A stretch of 64,000 bases of DNA from Polymyxa betae A26-41 (lineage: Eukaryota; Protista; Endomyxa: Phytomyxea), in NCBI GenBank assembly GCA_003693705.1, contig RBZT01000409.1, positions 57,514 through 121,513 of the forward strand, given 5' to 3'. The position numbers were made by a program, and so were the translations under genes. This document shows positions 14,355-29,174 of this stretch, piece by piece. The notes beneath the pieces were generated by a model that ran no database searches, was not told the DNA's origin, and saw nothing but the letters and a program-made list of their open reading frames with translations. Each line of letters begins with the position of its first letter. Within the stretch, counting starts at the first letter, position 1.

Positions 14355-16619
14355 TTAATTGTGTTGCAATGAGATGTCCCTGGTGATGTTCAGCTGATCC
14401 TGCAGGAATTGAGCCTAGAAGACGTTCGTAAATAGAACGGAATATGAGCGCGAAGGATCGCACTGACCCGTTCCTGAAGCTGCCGGAGCCCATCGGCATA
14501 TAGCTGCTTGGCTTCATGCCAGCTCTCGCGAAGTCGTACGATCTCCAGCTCTAAACCGTTGGGTTTGATTTCGGACAGATCATTATTGACCGGAATTTGG
14601 TCGAAAGAGAGCCGTTTTCCGCGGCTGGTTTTGAGCAGTTCGGATTTGAGCCATTCTGTGCCGTAATGAGATTGGCAAAAGAACGTATAATAGATACTAA
14701 CCGGCGTTACTATTTAATCGCTTAAACTGTTGCTCAAGACGGGCATGTGCCGATCGGCTTAGATCCAGGCAGCGCTCCAGATTGCTGATGTCTAGCTGAT
14801 CGGAAACTCTCTGCTGTTCGGCAACACGACGATCCCAATCAGTGAACAGATCCTGTACAAGCTGGGCTTGATGCGATTCGAGTAATGAGATTTTGGACTT
14901 CTGGGTTTCAAGCTGATTCTTCAATTCTGCGTACTCAACGCGCTGCAAAATTCTTTGGAAAAAAAGGTGAAAGAAACAGTGTTACATACGAGATGTTCGT
15001 AATCGGAAGCAATCTGCTGCAGCATGCTAATTTCTTGCTGTAATTTAGCGAATAGTAGACGATCACAAGCGCCTTGTTTAATCTTCGCCTTCAAGGTGTC
15101 AATTAGTTTATCATCAGCGCAGCTCTTATCGATTATGATCTTCATCTTGGCCTTGACCGATACGACCTGTTCTTCGAGAGTTCGATTTCTGGCAACGCCA
15201 GCCTCGCATCGGGTCTTCATTGCAGCCAGAAGCTGCCGAAGTGCCATCACTTCGTTGATAAGCTGATCCCGTTCATTGTTCCTTTCCTGCTGCATCTTGG
15301 TAGCATCGTATTTTGGGCTCTGAATTGGTTTCGATTAGCTGAGAGTTAGGCAGAAGCTGCTCCTACCGGTTTACTAGATTGCTGCGAATGTTGGATACGA
15401 TCAACTCCTTCGGCGTCAGTTCGGCGTTGATGCTGTTTAAGTTTAGCTGACAGACGAGCAATTTCAGCTGCTCGCCCCCTCCAGTTTGATTGAGTCCCGC
15501 TCAAAGCCTTTTCAACGCCTTCATCTGAACCAATTTCGGCTTTCAGAACGCGCTTCAACGACCTGAATAAAAATTGGTTATTAACTGTTTAACTCGAAAC
15601 AAGAACCGGAAACCGCACAAGATTTCGTTTTTCAAAGCAGAGATCTGTAGCTCAGCCGATGCCAAACGAGCCGACTTCGCTTTATACTTGGACTTCCATT
15701 GTTTGAGTTCGACTTCATTCTCGGCTGCGGGTTTTTTCTCCACTTCGGAATTTGCACCGATTATCTGACCCAACAAAAATGGAACTTATTCGTGATCGCA
15801 CGATGGACGATACCATCAGAAAAGTCGAAGTGGAACAATCCAAATACAAACATTGTGATTGACAGTAAAAAAGAAGAGTTACCTCACGAAATTGTTGAAC
15901 TTGGGCTGTTAGTCGTGCATTCTCAGCAGTAGCACGAGTCAGAGATAGACGAAGTGCTCTATTCTGTCATTAAAATGTTACTACAAGAAGTGTAACAAGA
16001 GTTTGAACGATTACCTTCTGTGTGACATCTAGGGCGCATTCGTGAGCATCGCTTGATAACGCTGATGTCAACTCTTGACGCAGTGACGCGATTGTATCGT
16101 TTAGCGAATCGATCATGGAATCTTTATTCTCAATTCCCGATTGCAAATTTTGAACCTGATACTTTGTAAGAACATCGTCTATTATCATGACTTGATTCTC
16201 CATGCTCAAGTCATATCTACGAAAAAAGCTAAAAGCTCTGGTCTTATATCTCATACCTGCTCTTGCAGCTCATTCATGGTACCATATTTATCCCAATCAA
16301 ATTCGCTTGCTAATGCATTCAATTGATGTTCACTCTGAATTAGTGTCACGATGAAGAAAACAGAAAAACGTCGTGAAATCATACTCCATCAGCAACGTCG
16401 TATTTAGTATCGTTTCCTTCACTAAGAACTCAATCAGAATGAGGAATGAGCGATCAGAATCGTGAATCACCGCTCAAGGTCATCCAGGTCGGATTCGGAT
16501 GATGAAGAATTGAAATTATCGGGAAGTTGATGATCAAACTCGCCCTCGCTGGAGAATGCCTCGACATTGACAAACACATCGATGGCGTCCTGAACCAGGC
16601 CAGATGTCATCCCGTTCAT
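14355..16619 (-). CDS. CCDC13: CCDC13-like centriolar-satellite coiled-coil protein, multi-exon
   Basis: Motifs LKAEIG...SNWRGRAAEIARL and DKSCADDKLIDTLK. After an intron near 14700 the frame continues ...LRESWHEAKQLYADGLRQLQER|AQFLQ...QHN*, with stop at 14355-14357. Start ATG 16619 is inferred. Confidence 0.7.
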
Positions 16620-16781
16620 TCGACAATCAACTCGTCACACAACCATCAGATAGAAAGGCTAAAACCCGTTTTGCTGCAGACTTGGCCGAATTTGGAAAAC
16701 ATCACTTAGATTGATCTTCATCGACGTTATCAGTTTAATGCAGCAGGCGGTTTATTCTGAAACGAGCAAAGAAAAAAGACG

Positions 16782-17604
16782 TTATGCGTCACAGTTAGCT
16801 GCTGATATCCCCTCCGACGGTATCTGATCCGCTTGGCGACATTGACCATTGGTCAGATGTTCGATATTAACGAGGAGAAACCCGAATAAAATGCACGATG
16901 ATCCCAACAAATACAATGACGAAGGGATCAGTGCGTTAAATATGCCATCAAATAACATTGCCAAGGGGATGGAAGTTGATAATCCAACCTAAAAATGAAA
17001 ATTAAACGGTCGTCATTTTGCCGTAATGAGAAGTTACGGTTGCAATTACAGGCGATGTCATCATGGTAGATTTAGCCCAGAGATAATCGCTTATTAATGA
17101 GATCACGCCATTTAAGAGCATTGCAACCAGAGCCGTAGTTGACAATGGCGGTATTGTGTGCAGTCTACTATAATGCAGAATCGCTAATACAGGTATACCC
17201 AGCCAGAGTACATACTGGCCCATCCAACCGAAAAACGATGAGAACGAGATTCTGTGATAATCATCACCAATGCTTTTGGTCAGCATTACGCTATACAGAC
17301 TGCAAAATATAGCAGAGAGAAGAGCGGCAATGTCACCCAATAGCGATGATTGTTGAAAAGATGATGTTGACGAGGAATCATGAAGCGAGATGATAAAGGA
17401 TCCGGCTATGGTTGCCATCACACCAGAAACCTTTAGAGCCGAGAAATCGTGATTGATGAGAAGTTTGGCGATAATGAGTGTGAATACAGACGATGTTGAT
17501 GATAGAACCGTATTGGAGCTCAATGTCGTTTTTGCCAACGACCAATTACACGTATAGCCCATCGCTAGCCATAAAATGACAAATTTGGCGCTCAACAACC
17601 GTAT
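16782..17604 (-). CDS. SLC35F5-like EamA/DMT transporter; 5' end uncertain
   Basis: SNTVLSSTSSVFTL, GDIAALLSAIFCSLYSV, SDYLWAKSTMMTSPVIATV|GLSTSIPLAM are typical SLC35F motifs with multiple TM segments. Confidence 0.75.
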
Positions 17605-18172
17605 CTGAGAGAATGTTTAGCAATAGCTATTTCCTAAAGGGATGGGGGCTCCTCCAGAATTACAGCCAGTCCTAGTGAAATTCACGCAACCCGCTGCCCT
17701 GGCAGGATCGGGATTTAGAAAACCTCCCTTATGAGTCATGATGAAAGTAGATAGACAACATGCATTATCTGCTAACCTGATTTTTATCGATGCAAGCCCG
17801 TTTTCAGGCCTAATAGCATCTTCCGCTTTCGATATCGATACTATAGCTACATCAAGTTTCAGTTTCTGAAAATTGGATTCCATTCGAACTACATAGTGCT
17901 GCGTCCATCTGGAGAAATTTCTGCTAGCAGGTATCACAGATGCATTGAGAAACATCATTTATTAGTCCAGGATTTTCAAACCGTCTATGTTCAATAGATG
18001 ATATCCAGCTCTGTAATGCTGCCTTTCAAGTAGAATACGTCCTTCTGTTCCATTCAAACGGTGTCACATAGGCCATAGAAGAAGTATAAGATTATATAAT
18101 GGCATCGCTCATTTCCACTCAAAAACCAATCAATGTCTTCTGGCTAAACGTTTTGCCGTCAGAATGGGCTAT

Positions 18173-19777
18173 TTAATCGTAGCGTATTATCAGCTTCGTT
18201 AAACCTGCCGTTGAATGTCCTGGTTGGATGGGAAATGCAGCGAAATTGATGCTGTTAAGATTATAAGCTGGCGACTGGAATCTCTTATGGTTATGCTCAT
18301 ACATATCAAGAAGCAGCCACAGAATGCATATCAGGACGAGCAGGAAAAGCAACCCGACCATGATCTTGAGCTTCAAACGTTTGAGATTATCATCAACTTT
18401 TTCCAAGACTAGGCATGGACTACGATTAGAAGCCACATTGGCAGCTGCCAAATTTGAAGTATATGGCAAAAATACTGCCTTAGCCGCTGTGAACTTAGTT
18501 GGGCGATATATTACAAGGGCGCCCAGGCTATCATACTGGCCCACCTTATGAGAGGTCACAAGACCTGCATATATGTCTACGACTTTTGTCATCTCAAACA
18601 GGTTGTTAGCAGAAGAAGCCTCATGCAACACCATCAGCGAACCATCTAACGTAACTTGCAGATTGGTTGTATCTATCCATGCAGGATCGAATTTGATACC
18701 AGTAGAAGAACCATCAATCAGAGATGTGGGAGGTTGATTTTGCATGAAAATGATGTCATTAGTAAAATGTGGAGTTGACATTCTCATCTCGAGAATGTTT
18801 ACTAGCTGACTAGAATGGATGCTGAAAATATTGACCATCATTGTGTCCTCTGCATCTGAATGATTTCTCCATGGACAACATGCGATGACATAATTTTTTG
18901 TTAAGGCAAATCGTGATTGGTCTGATCGCTCCCAATCCAAAGTTAGAATCTTGGAAGCCTTGCCACCGGAGAAAGGAAGATACCAGACATCAAGTTCGGC
19001 TGTACTGGAGACCAATATTCGATTATAAGCATATGCCTCCAGGTTTTGCTGATTCACAAGATTGATGATATGGTTTGGAAGAAACTCCTGCTGGCATCCT
19101 CCAGTCTCTATGAGAGCTTGAATACAGAAAAATCCAATTTGGTTCAAAATGTAGTCCTCTGAAACATATGTCCTGATTAGGGGAATGAAAGTGCATTCCT
19201 CAAAATTGGTGCCTATTGCTGCAATTCCAGAAATAAGTAGATCAGTGACCTGGAAAGGGCCACACGTCCTTCTTGTAATGACATCGACCACTGAAATCTC
19301 GTTCATCTCGGCCTGCATTCTAATATGGTTGAAAACAATATGTTGACCAAATCGGAATGCATAAAATTCGGTATGTGGCGGCTGACTTTGAGGATATCGC
19401 TGGCAACTTAAAACTCTCGATCGATCAGTAGGGCGCCACAGTTCATTATCGCCATGATGTAAGATATCTTCAGCTGAGTAGCGTGACCAATCAGAAGCTT
19501 CGAATCGAGTCAAGAATTGAAATGCCGACTTCCAATCTATTTTATCCCCAATGTTTGCATTCAGTCGTTGATGTTCAAGAAGTCTGCTGCAGATTTGAAA
19601 CCAGATGGCATTAGAAACAGGAACAGACTTTAAGCGATCGTGCCATGAGCGACACAATATCTCATGCTGGACAATAGTACAGATATCTAGGAACGAGTAG
19701 ACCAGACCAAAGAGCTCATCGGGCAGTTGCCAGAAGATGAAAGAGCTGGGAGCTGTAAGTGGTATGTAGACGTGCAT
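18173..19777 (-). CDS. Intronless F-box protein with a C-terminal transmembrane segment
   Basis: 534-aa ORF; F-box-like LPDELFGLVYSFLDICTIVQHEILCRSW; hydrophobic IMVGLLFLLVLICILWLLL near the C-terminus. Confidence 0.7.
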   Translation of the reverse strand: MHVYIPLTAPSSFIFWQLPDELFGLVYSFLDICTIVQHEILCRSWHDRLKSVPVSNAIWFQICSRLLEHQRLNANIGDKIDWKSAFQFLTRFEASDWSRYSAEDILHHGDNELWRPTDRSRVLSCQRYPQSQPPHTEFYAFRFGQHIVFNHIRMQAEMNEISVVDVITRRTCGPFQVTDLLISGIAAIGTNFEECTFIPLIRTYVSEDYILNQIGFFCIQALIETGGCQQEFLPNHIINLVNQQNLEAYAYNRILVSSTAELDVWYLPFSGGKASKILTLDWERSDQSRFALTKNYVIACCPWRNHSDAEDTMMVNIFSIHSSQLVNILEMRMSTPHFTNDIIFMQNQPPTSLIDGSSTGIKFDPAWIDTTNLQVTLDGSLMVLHEASSANNLFEMTKVVDIYAGLVTSHKVGQYDSLGALVIYRPTKFTAAKAVFLPYTSNLAAANVASNRSPCLVLEKVDDNLKRLKLKIMVGLLFLLVLICILWLLLDMYEHNHKRFQSPAYNLNSINFAAFPIQPGHSTAGLTKLIIRYD

Positions 19778-20142
19778 TTGAGCAATGCTATAATACTTTA
19801 TAATATGATAAGTAGATAGGAGTAGTGGTTAACTATCGTAGGATTCTGTGGGACTTCTACTGTAGTTGCAACGTATCCCTCTTGCATGCCGTGGTTAACT
19901 CTGTATGTTTTATACACACTAGTTCGGATTAGACTGGATTCGACTAGTTTGTTTATATCAACGGGTGCTGCTGTCTCCATAGCTCAAGGCCTGAGGTACA
20001 CCGACTTGTCGCCTCAGTGATCCTCAGGAGCTCCTATCTCCTTTTCCAAAGCTTGTGGTAATCACCCATAGAGATCACTTCTGTGACGTGCCCTGTTTAA
20101 AATCAGATTACAAAACGCGCTTGTACAGCCGCACTTGAAATC

Positions 20143-22363
20143 ATGACGGATATGGAGATGAAGCAGATTGTTAATGGAGACGGCGACAAAGGGATTAGAC
20201 TAGAATGGAGCCATGTTAAACTCGAGATTCCGATCCCAGGCGGGTTACGTTACATTCCAAAAGGTCCAGCTCAGAAGCGAGAAATATTACGAGGTGTGAG
20301 CGGATCAGTAAATCCTGGTCAAATGGTTGCCATTATGGGAAGTTCGGGTGCTGGCAAATCCACACTACTCAATGTTCTTGCTGGTCGCATCGGTGTTGGA
20401 GAAATTTACGGCAGTATCTTGTCGAATGGGGAGTATCGAGAACCTCGAAATTGGAAGAAGACGGTGGCATTCGTCGAGCAAGATGACCTCATGCTATCAA
20501 ATCTAACTGTACGGGAGACGTTGACATATGCAGCCATGTTTCGTCTACCAGGCTCTATGTCTAAAGACGAGAAAGTTGCCCAAGTCAATATTATCATCCA
20601 GCAGCTTGGATTGCAGAAATGCGGTAATCGCTTCCTAGTTGTATTTTCAATAGAATCAGAATCTCAGAGTATTTTAGCGGATACGAGAATCGGCAGCACG
20701 GATGGACCACGTGGAATCTCAGGGGGTGAACGCAAACGTGTCTCAATTGGAATTGAACTGGTCTCCGATCCCAAGCTGCTATTCTTAGACGAGGTTCAAT
20801 ACTGGTTGTGAATTGAAGTTGCATGTCGCTCTAACGCGTATTGCAGCCGACTTCTGGCCTAGACGCGTTCACTGCGGTCTCGATCTTGGAGACGGTGAAA
20901 AAGATCGCAGTTGATAAGAAAAAATCGGTGCTGTGTACTATCCATCAGCCAAGAACCGAGATATTACAATTGTTTGATGCAATTATTCTGTTAAGTGATG
21001 GGAAGGTCGTGTTTAGTGGTTCTGTTCGTGATGGAATCGATTACTTCACGTCACTCGGACTGCCATGCCCACCGCTCACGAATCCCTCTGATTTCTGGCT
21101 TGACGTTATAACACCGGATTTCCGTTCGGATGAACGGCATGAAGCATCACTGAAAACGATACAGATGCTGCATGAGCGCTGGCATGAGCGCATCAACGAC
21201 CAGCCGAAGACAACGAAGCTGATTCAGGACGCACCCTTTCCGAATCGATGCGAAAGGAGCGAATGGCCAAATTCAGCTTTTACTGAGTTCTTGATGCTAC
21301 TGGGACGTGATCTGAATCAGCAGATTATTAGGAGTCGACCAAATGTAATCGCTACGTTAGTTCAAGTCGTTGTTATCACTACAATTGTATGTGAGAGCGC
21401 TACCTGTAGCCCAGACCATCTAAATACTGTCATATTGCGATTAGATCTCGGCTTTATTCTGGCAAGTAGATAACACCATGTCCGGAATCGCCAATCGAAT
21501 TGGTTTCATGTAGGCTAACATCCGAATCCAAACACTTTTTAAACGGTGCCGTTCAGGTTTATGATTACTGTCAATAATGTTAGGCTGAACACGTGAGGGG
21601 TTTACAGGTTTGCTGATCTGAGGCACGTAGTCGTTTAATGTCATCTTTCCGATTATCGCTAGTATAACAATGGTCAAGTACGCGTCGTGTTGGCCCCTGA
21701 GTGTCTGCTAATGTGATCTAGGGCACTGATTCGGCGTGAACGTTCCTCGGATACGTACAGGGTACAGTCAGCGTTTGCATCCCAAATCATTGTAGGCTCA
21801 ATTCAACCGTTACTTGGCGGTCTGCTCATGACATGTATTGTCTATTGGACTGTTGGCTTGAAGCCTGAATTTTCAAATTTCTGTGTTTTCGTGGGCGCCC
21901 TATTATTGCATATTCTCACGATGAATTTCATGTAATCACCGGTTTGTAACGATTGAAAATTATCGCTGACCTCTCAATAAGTGGGACCATGATCGGCGCT
22001 GCCGTCCCTACTGCCTTCGTCGGGCACTCAGTTGCACCTCTTTTCATGATGGTCATGTTGCTATTCGCTGGATTATTGGTTAATACTGGTTCTATTATGA
22101 ATGGAATATCCTGGATTCGGTTTATATCGATTATGAGATATACCTTTGGAACTCTGCTCCGAAATGAATTCACAGGGACAAAATTTCAATGCTCCGGCCC
22201 TGGATGTCAACCCGATGGCGATTCGGTACTGAATTCCCTCGATCTCAACGAATTTCAGATATGGCAGAACTGTCTCGCTAATGCATGTTCGGCTGTCATC
22301 TATCTGATCATTGCTGGGATTTTGTTCGCTAAACGAACTAAACCAAACATGAAGTTACGTTAA
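20143..22363 (+). CDS. ABCG (White-family) half transporter, multi-exon
   Basis: Walker A GSSGAGKS, signature ISGGERKR, Walker B LLFLDE|PTSGLD, TIHQP and a C-terminal ABC2 membrane domain. Confidence 0.95.
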
Positions 22364-22758
22364 AGATGCTCAGCTTCACAACTTCTCACTTTCACGGTTT
22401 GTCAAGTGAATAAATCAGTCGAAGTCACAACATTCAAGATTGAATTCAAGCAGATTCTCTATTTTCAGTAAGAATCTAGTAAGAATATAAAGTAGGACGT
22501 ATGAGACGTTTTGAGCGATATTGTTCTGCGATTCTAATCATTTCCAAATGGTTTAAACACATTGTAAACGCTATCTGCGGGTTCCATTGTTATGTCTGTG
22601 CATCTTCTGGCAAGAATTGAAAACTGGAAGCTGCATCAATTTAGCTTTGAGTAGGTTTTCTTATAATCTGACTACTATGAATTCCATTCTCAAATGACAT
22701 TCCGTAACTAGATTGAAGATACACCGATGACGATCAATAAAAGTTTGACGTTCTCCGA

Positions 22759-24528
22759 ATGACTCTTGTAAAATTTCTGCTTCTGAATTCGAAAGATCTG
22801 GTCGGAAATATCTTCAATCATTCGTATAAGATATTTATTGAGGGCGGTGGGTCGTGCAAGCTGTTTGAGATGATCGGAGATGTTAACGGCCCACCTCCGT
22901 CATCACGCGACAACGCCAATGAATTAATGCTGTCACCCAGATATCGCAATCGCTTGACCTTCCAAGCTATCGAAGCCGGTTCGATCGTGAAGAATCTGGC
23001 AACCAATCGGCAATCAACATATGGTATTAACTGGGCTCTGAAGCAATATGAGGACCCGCAACAGCAGGCGACCATGATGCTATCGCCTCGAGCGTCGAAT
23101 CATATTGCCGAGCTCGAGAAACTGATTGATACAACGGTCAGTAGGAAGAAAGTCGAAAAGATTGTGGCCGATAAAAATCTCGCGATAGCGCCCGATATGA
23201 AAGAATGCCAGGGCGTCTGTGGTCTAGATTTAGACCGTTGGACCGAGCAGTGGCCTGATGAATGGCGTCATGGTAATGGTCATGGCCCTGTACCTGATGC
23301 TATTAGATCACTACCTGATTCTATTCAGCTTATTGATGATATTGAAAGATGGCTTCTACAACAAGAACAGGAAGAGACAGTGACTATAACGGCAGAACCC
23401 GTTGTAGAATCAGGCGGCCTCCAACACGTTACATCTGTAATATCTGCTAATGTTACTGCTCCAGATTCCTCTATAGAGAGACAAGTTCAGGGCAAAGTCA
23501 CAAAAGTAGAGACAAGCAATGTCAAACGACCATTGAGAGATGTTGTGCCAGGATATCGACATCGATTATTGACATCACCATTACTCTATACACCAGCTGG
23601 ATTTGGGCCGTATGCAGTTCAGACCATCACCTTGCCAAAGCCGAGGGCGCAGTCGACGAAATCGGTTGCCTCCAAGCCGCCGAGATCAGATCCAATTGTC
23701 AGCGACTACGTCGTTGTCAATAATCATCATGTAAAGCGTCGACGGGTTCGTAAAATGAAGCGCAGATCGAGTGAGGCTGATGATGTTGTCACTGAATTAA
23801 GTTCTATAAGTGATCAATGGACTACACCACCAATGTCACGATCAATGACATCAAGAAGGGCGTCTCTTTTTGCCAATAGAAAATCGTCGATCGCGACATT
23901 AATCGAATCGCAACGCGGCTCCGAACGTAAACCAAAAGCTCGAATCGCTCATGGTCGCTTGGAGTTCGTCATCCCTGAATCTACAGACGAGTCTGTGAAT
24001 GGACCTGTGCAAATGCGATCCGAATCTGTTTCGAAACTGACCGCCTTACAAAGATATCGCCTCAAGATGCAGCATCGGAAGAAATTACGTGAGGATAGCG
24101 AGAACTTTGTCGACGAGCTCGAGAAGCAACTCGATAAGAGCGAGATTCGAGCCCGGTTTCTAAATCCAGTTCATGAGCCCAAATTCAGGCAGCATTTTAT
24201 GCAGCATTCACAGTCGACAATCATGAAGTCGTTGAGTGGCGAGGCACAGAGATTCCTGTACTCAGAAAGTAAAAATAAGACACGGCACGTTCAGATCGAG
24301 CAGAGACAGCCACGTCGTGAGATCCATAACGCGTTGCAACGTATTGATCAAGTTCACGCCCGACGACAACATCATCGCGACATGTTAGAGCAGCAATATT
24401 TACTTAGTTTACGACAGTTTAATGTCACCGAGGCATTAGCAGCCACTCATGAACGTCTGCAGAGATATCGACGTGAGACAGAACGCCTGCAAACCGAACT
24501 CCATACGAATAAAATCCTAAAATCCTAA
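22759..24528 (+). CDS. Hypothetical intronless protein, basic and low-complexity with a C-terminal coiled coil; true start may be 22870
   Basis: 589-aa uninterrupted ORF; no recognisable domain. Confidence 0.65.
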   Translation: MTLVKFLLLNSKDLVGNIFNHSYKIFIEGGGSCKLFEMIGDVNGPPPSSRDNANELMLSPRYRNRLTFQAIEAGSIVKNLATNRQSTYGINWALKQYEDPQQQATMMLSPRASNHIAELEKLIDTTVSRKKVEKIVADKNLAIAPDMKECQGVCGLDLDRWTEQWPDEWRHGNGHGPVPDAIRSLPDSIQLIDDIERWLLQQEQEETVTITAEPVVESGGLQHVTSVISANVTAPDSSIERQVQGKVTKVETSNVKRPLRDVVPGYRHRLLTSPLLYTPAGFGPYAVQTITLPKPRAQSTKSVASKPPRSDPIVSDYVVVNNHHVKRRRVRKMKRRSSEADDVVTELSSISDQWTTPPMSRSMTSRRASLFANRKSSIATLIESQRGSERKPKARIAHGRLEFVIPESTDESVNGPVQMRSESVSKLTALQRYRLKMQHRKKLREDSENFVDELEKQLDKSEIRARFLNPVHEPKFRQHFMQHSQSTIMKSLSGEAQRFLYSESKNKTRHVQIEQRQPRREIHNALQRIDQVHARRQHHRDMLEQQYLLSLRQFNVTEALAATHERLQRYRRETERLQTELHTNKILKS

Positions 24529-24533
24529 ACCCT

Positions 24534-26253
24534 TTATGCCGGCTGTTTATGCATCTGCAAAGAAAAACGGCGCTGCCCAGGCTGTGGCAGATCAATATCA
24601 CCAGATCCGGAGCTGATCTTCGAACGAATCTATTTGTGACGATTGATATGAAGATTAGAGATGCAGTATAAATTACAGACCAAAGCTAAGCGTTGTCGTG
24701 CTTGGATGGTGATGGTATTGCTAGGACCAATCTCTCGGGAATAAGTCTCAATAAATGATTGCAAAATGGGAATGGAACTCTGCCATATCTTCATCTGCAT
24801 CATGAGCGGCATCTCTATTTGCAGCGATTCCAACTTCTTTGCAAATGATTTAATCTCCTGAAGACCAATGATGGAATTAGTAGGGTCAGAACATTGTCAT
24901 TTCCAACCTGTAATGTTCGTGGACCTCGTGATAGATGGATTTCGCCCTGTATTGATCTTCGACCTTGACGTTCATTACGATTCTCAGTTGGTAATCGTGC
25001 ACGTAACGCCCATTCCTTCATCTTTACACCGATAAATTTATTACGATATCGTCGTATTCTGGAGATTGCTCAGAAACAGTATTATTAACATTCGTGATTC
25101 CCTACTTTGAGCAACTCGTTCTATAACGAAATTTAGCAATACGTCGAGCTTGCATCCAGATAGTCCAGGCCCAGAAAGCACGACGAACACGTTCATGCGC
25201 TTTCGTCTTCATTGCCAGATAATACCAGCCTGCCTCATTAAACTGAATACCAGATTGCATTAGCGACATTCTGGCAATGTGAATCCGTCCCATACCGGCT
25301 CATGGCGTTCAGTGAATGCAGCCGCATTCAGATCTGTGAATGAATGACGACGAACTAGATGGAATCTGGTCACTACGGATTGGCGTCGCTCGAGGGCCGG
25401 TACGATTTCGATGCTGAAAGGTGATGGAGCGTTATTGTAGATGAGATCAATAGCGCCGACCATTGATGGACGTATTAGCTTATCTGTATCCTGACCGCCA
25501 GCCAATCCCTTCTCTGATTCACCTTCTCCATCGGATGATAAAGCTGATGAGAGAGCATCTCTCAACTCTTCGCTTTCATCGTCGCTTAAGAAGTGTTCAT
25601 CGGGATTGAACCGTTTTGAGAGAGTTTTGACAAGCAGTCCAGGTGGTCCAGCTTTTGGTTGTGATAAGCTGCGGTTGTGCCCTGATGAACCACGATGTGC
25701 TTTCTGGTCATTGGAATTTCGCCGAGATCCAGATCCTACAGAGGAACGTTGAGATGGGGATAACAAGGACTGAGACGCGGTTGGATCTCTTGCAGCATCT
25801 CGTGGCTGGATTATTGAAGGATTTGGCTCAGGAGTTACTGATAGAGATAATCTTCGTGATTTCTTTGCTGATGACATGGTGGATGGAGCCTTGTCTGAGA
25901 CTGGTATTATAGATTACACATTATCACTGCATGCATGTATAGTGATCACATTCAACCAGGTAATGCATCATATCGGATGGCTTTATTGAGGTAAGCTAAT
26001 CTTCGTACAAAGCGTTCGGGCTCAGTATACTCCACTGCCAACTTCGCGATTATCGTTGGAATTGATTCATTTCGGGTCTTTCGTAAATAAATATGCTGGG
26101 CAAACTTGACTGTACTAATATAAAATGGAAGGACTTTGATGATATTGGTGAGGTCATCACCAGCCAAGGGAATCTCTTGGATCTAACAATATCTACAAAA
26201 GTCTAAATATGACGCAGTACCAAGTGTTCGAGCATCTCATTCTGTTTCTGCAT
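24534..26253 (-). CDS. Hypothetical multi-exon protein; start uncertain
   Basis: Chain of minus-strand ORFs linked by GT-AG introns; last exon ...QPGQRRFSLQMHKQPA*, stop 24534-24536. Confidence 0.55.
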
Positions 26254-26778
26254 TCTGAGAATCAGGCCTTAAACTCACCATTACCCAGTCATTCTGGCCC
26301 TGGATAAGACCATATGATTTCCAGACTAGGCGATGTCTCCAAATCGTGATGGCAATTGAGTCACAATAAACGCTAAGCTCTGATTACGCGACACGCCAAG
26401 GTGAAAGCAGCGCAGGTTGATTATAGTTTACAAACTAGACGATCCTATTTCATTCACGGTAAGACGTGAGGACATCTCCCCTGGATGTATTCTCTCTTCT
26501 CCACGGAATCTTCTTTCGATTGTCGCTCAAGATCTTGATAAATTTGATGCACCTCTGGGAATCGAAGCGGTAACGACTGTGGCGTACCAAAATACATTAC
26601 TCTGATAGCTTTCTAGTATGGCCCAGTTGGGATATGCTGGATATGGGGCTGGACAGCAAAACGATATTATGCAACAAGTCGTTTACTCATCTAACTTGCA
26701 AATAGAAAGATCATACCTCAGCATACCGACTTCAAGTTATTCGCAACCTGAAGTACTTTCGCTGATTGTTCAATGCAA

Positions 26779-28877
<2,099 letters not shown>

Positions 28878-29174
28878 TTATTCAAGCTCAGCACGCACGA
28901 TCGAACGGTATCCTCAAAACGTTGATCCGGCACAGAGAGCATCGATGGCCTCGTTCAACCCTGCTTTGTAAGCATTGAACGAGACAATGATGTGAGAAGC
29001 TCAGATGACAAGATTCCCATGACACATGTGATGAACATGTAACATTATGAATGAATGGATTGGTGATGGGTGGGAGGGGCCACCCTTGAACCAGCCGCAT
29101 GACGCAGGCTCAGCAGACCTCTACTTCACTTACTGCTCTAACGTCTATATTATCTGTAGACGACGGTTTAGATC

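Noticed and set aside
14185-14517. 110-aa ORF as a separate gene
   Set aside because: It overlaps the last CCDC13 exons and the dynein start in another frame.
28985-29050. ATGATG/GTGATGA motifs as a C/D snoRNA
   Set aside because: No convincing D box, terminal stem or rRNA guide complementarity is visible.
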